Source of the DNA: an uncultured delta proteobacterium
Lineage (GTDB): Bacteria > Myxococcota_A > Polyangia > Polyangiales > Polyangiaceae
Assembly (NCBI GenBank): GCA_963716725.1
Contig: CAVQUB010000016.1
Span: forward strand, 1-16,298
Reading direction: 5' to 3'
Length of the DNA stretch: 16,298 bases
The position numbers and the translations under genes are program-made. Positions 13,576 through 16,298 of this stretch are shown here, one piece after another. Positions within the stretch are counted from its first letter, which is position 1, and each line of letters begins with the position of its first letter. Under the pieces are notes generated by a model that saw only the letters and a list, made by a program, of their open reading frames with translations, was not told the origin of the DNA and searched no databases.

Positions 13576-15124
13576 TCACCGCTCTCGGAACCCAAGCGTC
13601 AGCTGCTCGGGCACCCGGCGTTGCCGTCGTGCCGCAGGCGGCGCCCTTGGCCCGAGTCCGTGTTCGTGGACCAGCCGCGTGATGTCCGCGCGGCTGGTCG
13701 CGACTTCCGCCCAACGCATGTGTCCTGCGCAGCGAGGACAAGCCTCCACGTCGGCAGCGAAGACGTGCGCGAGCAGCCAAGCCCAGCGTTTGCGCGTGGG
13801 CGGTTTGTCGTCGTGCTCGCCGAGCTGTTGGAGCAGATCGAGTTGGTCGCCAGGCGCCGGGGGCGACTTGGTCGCGCTCGGATCGGGTGGAGCCGTGGGC
13901 ACGACGAGCCCGCGACGTGATGAGTGGCTCGAGAGCACGCCAAAGTAACGCAGTGTGTGAAAGCGTGGGGGTGGCACCGCCGCGACAAGGCGAGCGATGA
14001 GATCGTCGGGCTCGAGGACCAGCGCGCGAGTGCCGTCCCGCCACGGCTTCTTGAACGTCAGCTCCAGCTTGCCATCACTGCGGCGCTCGAGGCGGTCCTG
14101 CGCCACGGGTGGGCGCGTGATGTACCGACACAAGCGCTCCACGCGGCGACGGTCTCGACCATCCACGATTTGTGCGGCGTGCACGTTGATGCCGCGTACC
14201 TCGGCGATGGGCGCGTCGGTCACCGCGCGCGCGCGGGGCCGGTCGGGCGGAGCTGTGACCAAGCGCAGGGGCGGCAGGCCTGCGCGGTCCCCGCTCACCC
14301 CGACGCCTTGCGCGGCCGCGGCGTAGAGCGCGGCAAGGGTCGGCTCGTCCACGGCGAGCTCCGGGGGCGTCTCGTCCGCGAGCGCGGGGTCGAGGCTGCG
14401 ACCATGCGCACGCAAGATCTTCTCGACGCGCGCGGCGGTGCGGCGGCAACCTCGGCGATGTCTGCGTGAGTCGGCGCTTCGAGCTCCAAGAACTCCAGCG
14501 GCAAGCGGGGTCGCCGTCTTCGTGCACGTACACGCCGTCCAGCACGAGGGAGTGGAGATGTACGTTGAGTCTGAGCGCCGAGTCAGTGCGCTGCACGGCG
14601 GTCACGGCGCCGGTGAAGGCCTGGGACATGCTCGCCAGACCGTGCTCGCGCTTCGCGCGCCAGCGCAGGGAGCGGTCCACCTCTTTCATGAAGCCGCTCA
14701 CGACTTCGGCGCACAGCTTCTTGTCGTACCCCAGCAGCGCGCGCAGGCCCCAGGGCAGCGAGCAGATCCAGTGACGGATGGGCACGCGCGGCAGCACGCG
14801 CTCTTCTAGATGGACGGCAACGTCGGCCATGCGTCTGCCGATGCACGAGGGGCAGAAGCCCCGTTGTTTACACGAAAACGCTACGAGCTCTGAGTAGCCG
14901 CACTCGCGGCACTCGAGGCGCAAGCAACCTCGGTCCAGGCGACCGCAGTCCAGATACTCCTCGAACTCCTTGACCACGAACCTTGGTAAGCCGCCCTGCG
15001 CCTCGGCGCGCTCCCGAAACGCGGGCCAGTGCTCGGTGACCGCTTGATACAGCGCCGTGTCTTCCGGACGATGGCGGAAGCGCGAGCGGTCCGGAGCTGC
15101 AAGCGCGTGCGCGGCGTGACCCAC
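13576..15124 (-). CDS. IS91/ISCR-family HUH transposase (Zn-binding domain plus Y2_Tnp); frameshifts near 14505 and 14440
   Basis: EFEEYLDCG...CRECG...VAFSCKQRGFCPSC (Zn domain), LNVHLHSLVLDGVY (HUH), ERLCRYITRPP (catalytic Tyr), WRDGT...PPPRFHTLRYFGVL, and C-terminal CPRCAG. GTG start with a GGAG RBS. Confidence 0.93.
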
Positions 15125-15526
15125 GCTCCGCCATGCTCAGCGAGCGGCGTGCCAGCTGACCGCAGCGCGTAAACGCGGCGAAGTGTGGCGGCGGCGGGTG
15201 GCGAAGTGGTCACTCGCCGGTGGCGATCGCCAGCCGCGCTTGGGGGCGCCGGCGGCCGGAGGGAGGAAGCGCGGCGTGGTGGGTGCCAATACATGCTTCC
15301 CGCACGGCGCAAGGTGGCGCGCGCGATGCGCCTCAGCAACTCCGGATCCAGGCTGTACGTGGCGTTTGGGCAAAGACGCGATCTCGGTCGCCTCGGCCGA
15401 CGCCTTGCCCCGTTCTGCCCCCCCGACTCACGTGGCAATCCTCGACGCGCGCGGGGCCGGCTTCATCGTGGTCCCCGAAGGACCACTGGCCACGACCGCG
15501 CGGCGGGTGCTGTCGCGCGCCACGCG

Positions 15527-15554
15527 TTGACTCCCCGCGCCCCCGAGGTAGCGT
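15527..15554 (+). promoter_or_regulatory. Putative sigma70-type promoter for the carboxylase gene
   Basis: TTGACT (15527-15532), a 16-nt spacer, then TAGCGT (15549-15554), 9 nt before ATG 15564. Confidence 0.45.
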
Positions 15555-15563
15555 GCCTGCGCC

Positions 15564-16298
15564 ATGCGCGCGGAACAGCCCTACCCGGTCATTTCGACGA
15601 AGATCGACAAGAAGAGCGCGGAGTACCGCGCGAACTACGCCGCGAACCTCGAGAGCATCGAAAAGCTGAACCAAGCGCTGGCGAAGTCGCGGGCAGGCGG
15701 CGGCGATAAGTACGTCCAGCGCCACAAGAAGGCCGGCAAGCTCCTGCCCCGCGAACGCGTCGAAATGCTCATCGACCGCGACGCCCACTTTCTCGAGCTG
15801 TGCGCCCTGGCAGGACACGAGGTCGACGACCACGCGACTGGGGCGAGCATGGTCGGCGGCGTCGGTGTGGTGAGCGGGGTCGAGTGCGTGATCACCGCCA
15901 GCGAGTCCACCGTCAAAGGCGGGGCCATCAACGAGCTCGGGGTCAAGAAGACGCGTCGCCTGGCCGAAGTCGCCGAGCAGAACCGCCTCCCCGGCATCAG
16001 CCTGATCGAGAGCGCCGGCGCCGATCTGCCCAATCAGCACAAGATCTTCGTGCCCGGCGGCCGAGGCTTCCGCGACTTGACCCGCCGCTCCGAGGAGCGC
16101 ATGCCCACCGTTTGCGTCGTGTTCGGGAGCTCGACGGCGGGCGGGGCCTACGTGCCGGGCATGAGCGACTACGTCGTCATGGTTCGTGAGCAAGCGCAGG
16201 TCTATCTGGCGGGTCCCCCGCTGGTCCGCATGGCGACCGGCGAAGAAACGGATCACGAAGCCCTGGGCGGCGCCGAGATGCACAGCTCGGTGTCGGGC
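15564..16298 (+). CDS. Acyl-CoA carboxylase carboxyltransferase (beta) subunit, geranyl-/methylcrotonyl-CoA carboxylase-like; runs off the window
   Basis: [15 protein letters not shown]...[19 protein letters not shown]...TVKGGA...[10 protein letters not shown]...[18 protein letters not shown]...[14 protein letters not shown]...LGGAEMH. The frame is open to the window end, so it is missing from the ORF track. Confidence 0.93.
   Translation, partial: MRAEQPYPVISTKIDKKSAEYRANYAANLESIEKLNQALAKSRAGGGDKYVQRHKKAGKLLPRERVEMLIDRDAHFLELCALAGHEVDDHATGASMVGGVGVVSGVECVITASESTVKGGAINELGVKKTRRLAEVAEQNRLPGISLIESAGADLPNQHKIFVPGGRGFRDLTRRSEERMPTVCVVFGSSTAGGAYVPGMSDYVVMVREQAQVYLAGPPLVRMATGEETDHEALGGAEMHSSVSG

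Larger units (their letters stand above)
13345..15232 (-). mobile_element. IS91/ISCR-family rolling-circle insertion element (terIS boundary uncertain)
   Basis: HUH transposase plus the oriIS-like end at 13345. The right boundary is only a guess from hairpins at 15200-15218 and 15221-15232. Confidence 0.7.

Noticed and set aside
15137..15530. Small ORFs or an RNA gene between the transposase and the carboxylase
   Set aside because: The ORFs have no recognisable motifs or consistent codon bias, and no tRNA or known ncRNA structure is visible.

Overview
High-GC bacterial DNA (gene content suggests a myxobacterium-like host; this is inference) forming a mosaic defence and mobile island next to a housekeeping gene. 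From left to right: the end of an upstream CDS; a remnant of a DDE-transposon-like element (Cys-rich accessory gene plus about 15 codons of a probable transposase) joined to a 5'-truncated coiled-coil/TM gene; an intact, overlapping GIY-YIG-like plus PIN-like gene pair; a collapsed prophage-like element (T4 gp19-type tail tube and 5'-truncated sheath on the minus strand, abutting the C-terminus of a large serine recombinase and its small HTH partner on the plus strand); an overlapping operon HTH_17 - hsdM - hsdS - YaaC-like - hsdR - truncated HamA-like nuclease; an IS91/ISCR-family rolling-circle transposon whose oriIS-like end coincides with the break in that last gene; and the start of an acyl-CoA carboxylase beta subunit. 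Many conserved genes carry single-base frameshifts, probably consensus errors, while the accessory genes are clean. The best candidates for new biology are the YaaC-like (possibly HEPN-derived) gene in the PrrC position of the type I R-M locus and the GIY-YIG/PIN pair. All family calls come from motif recognition by eye; no searches were run.
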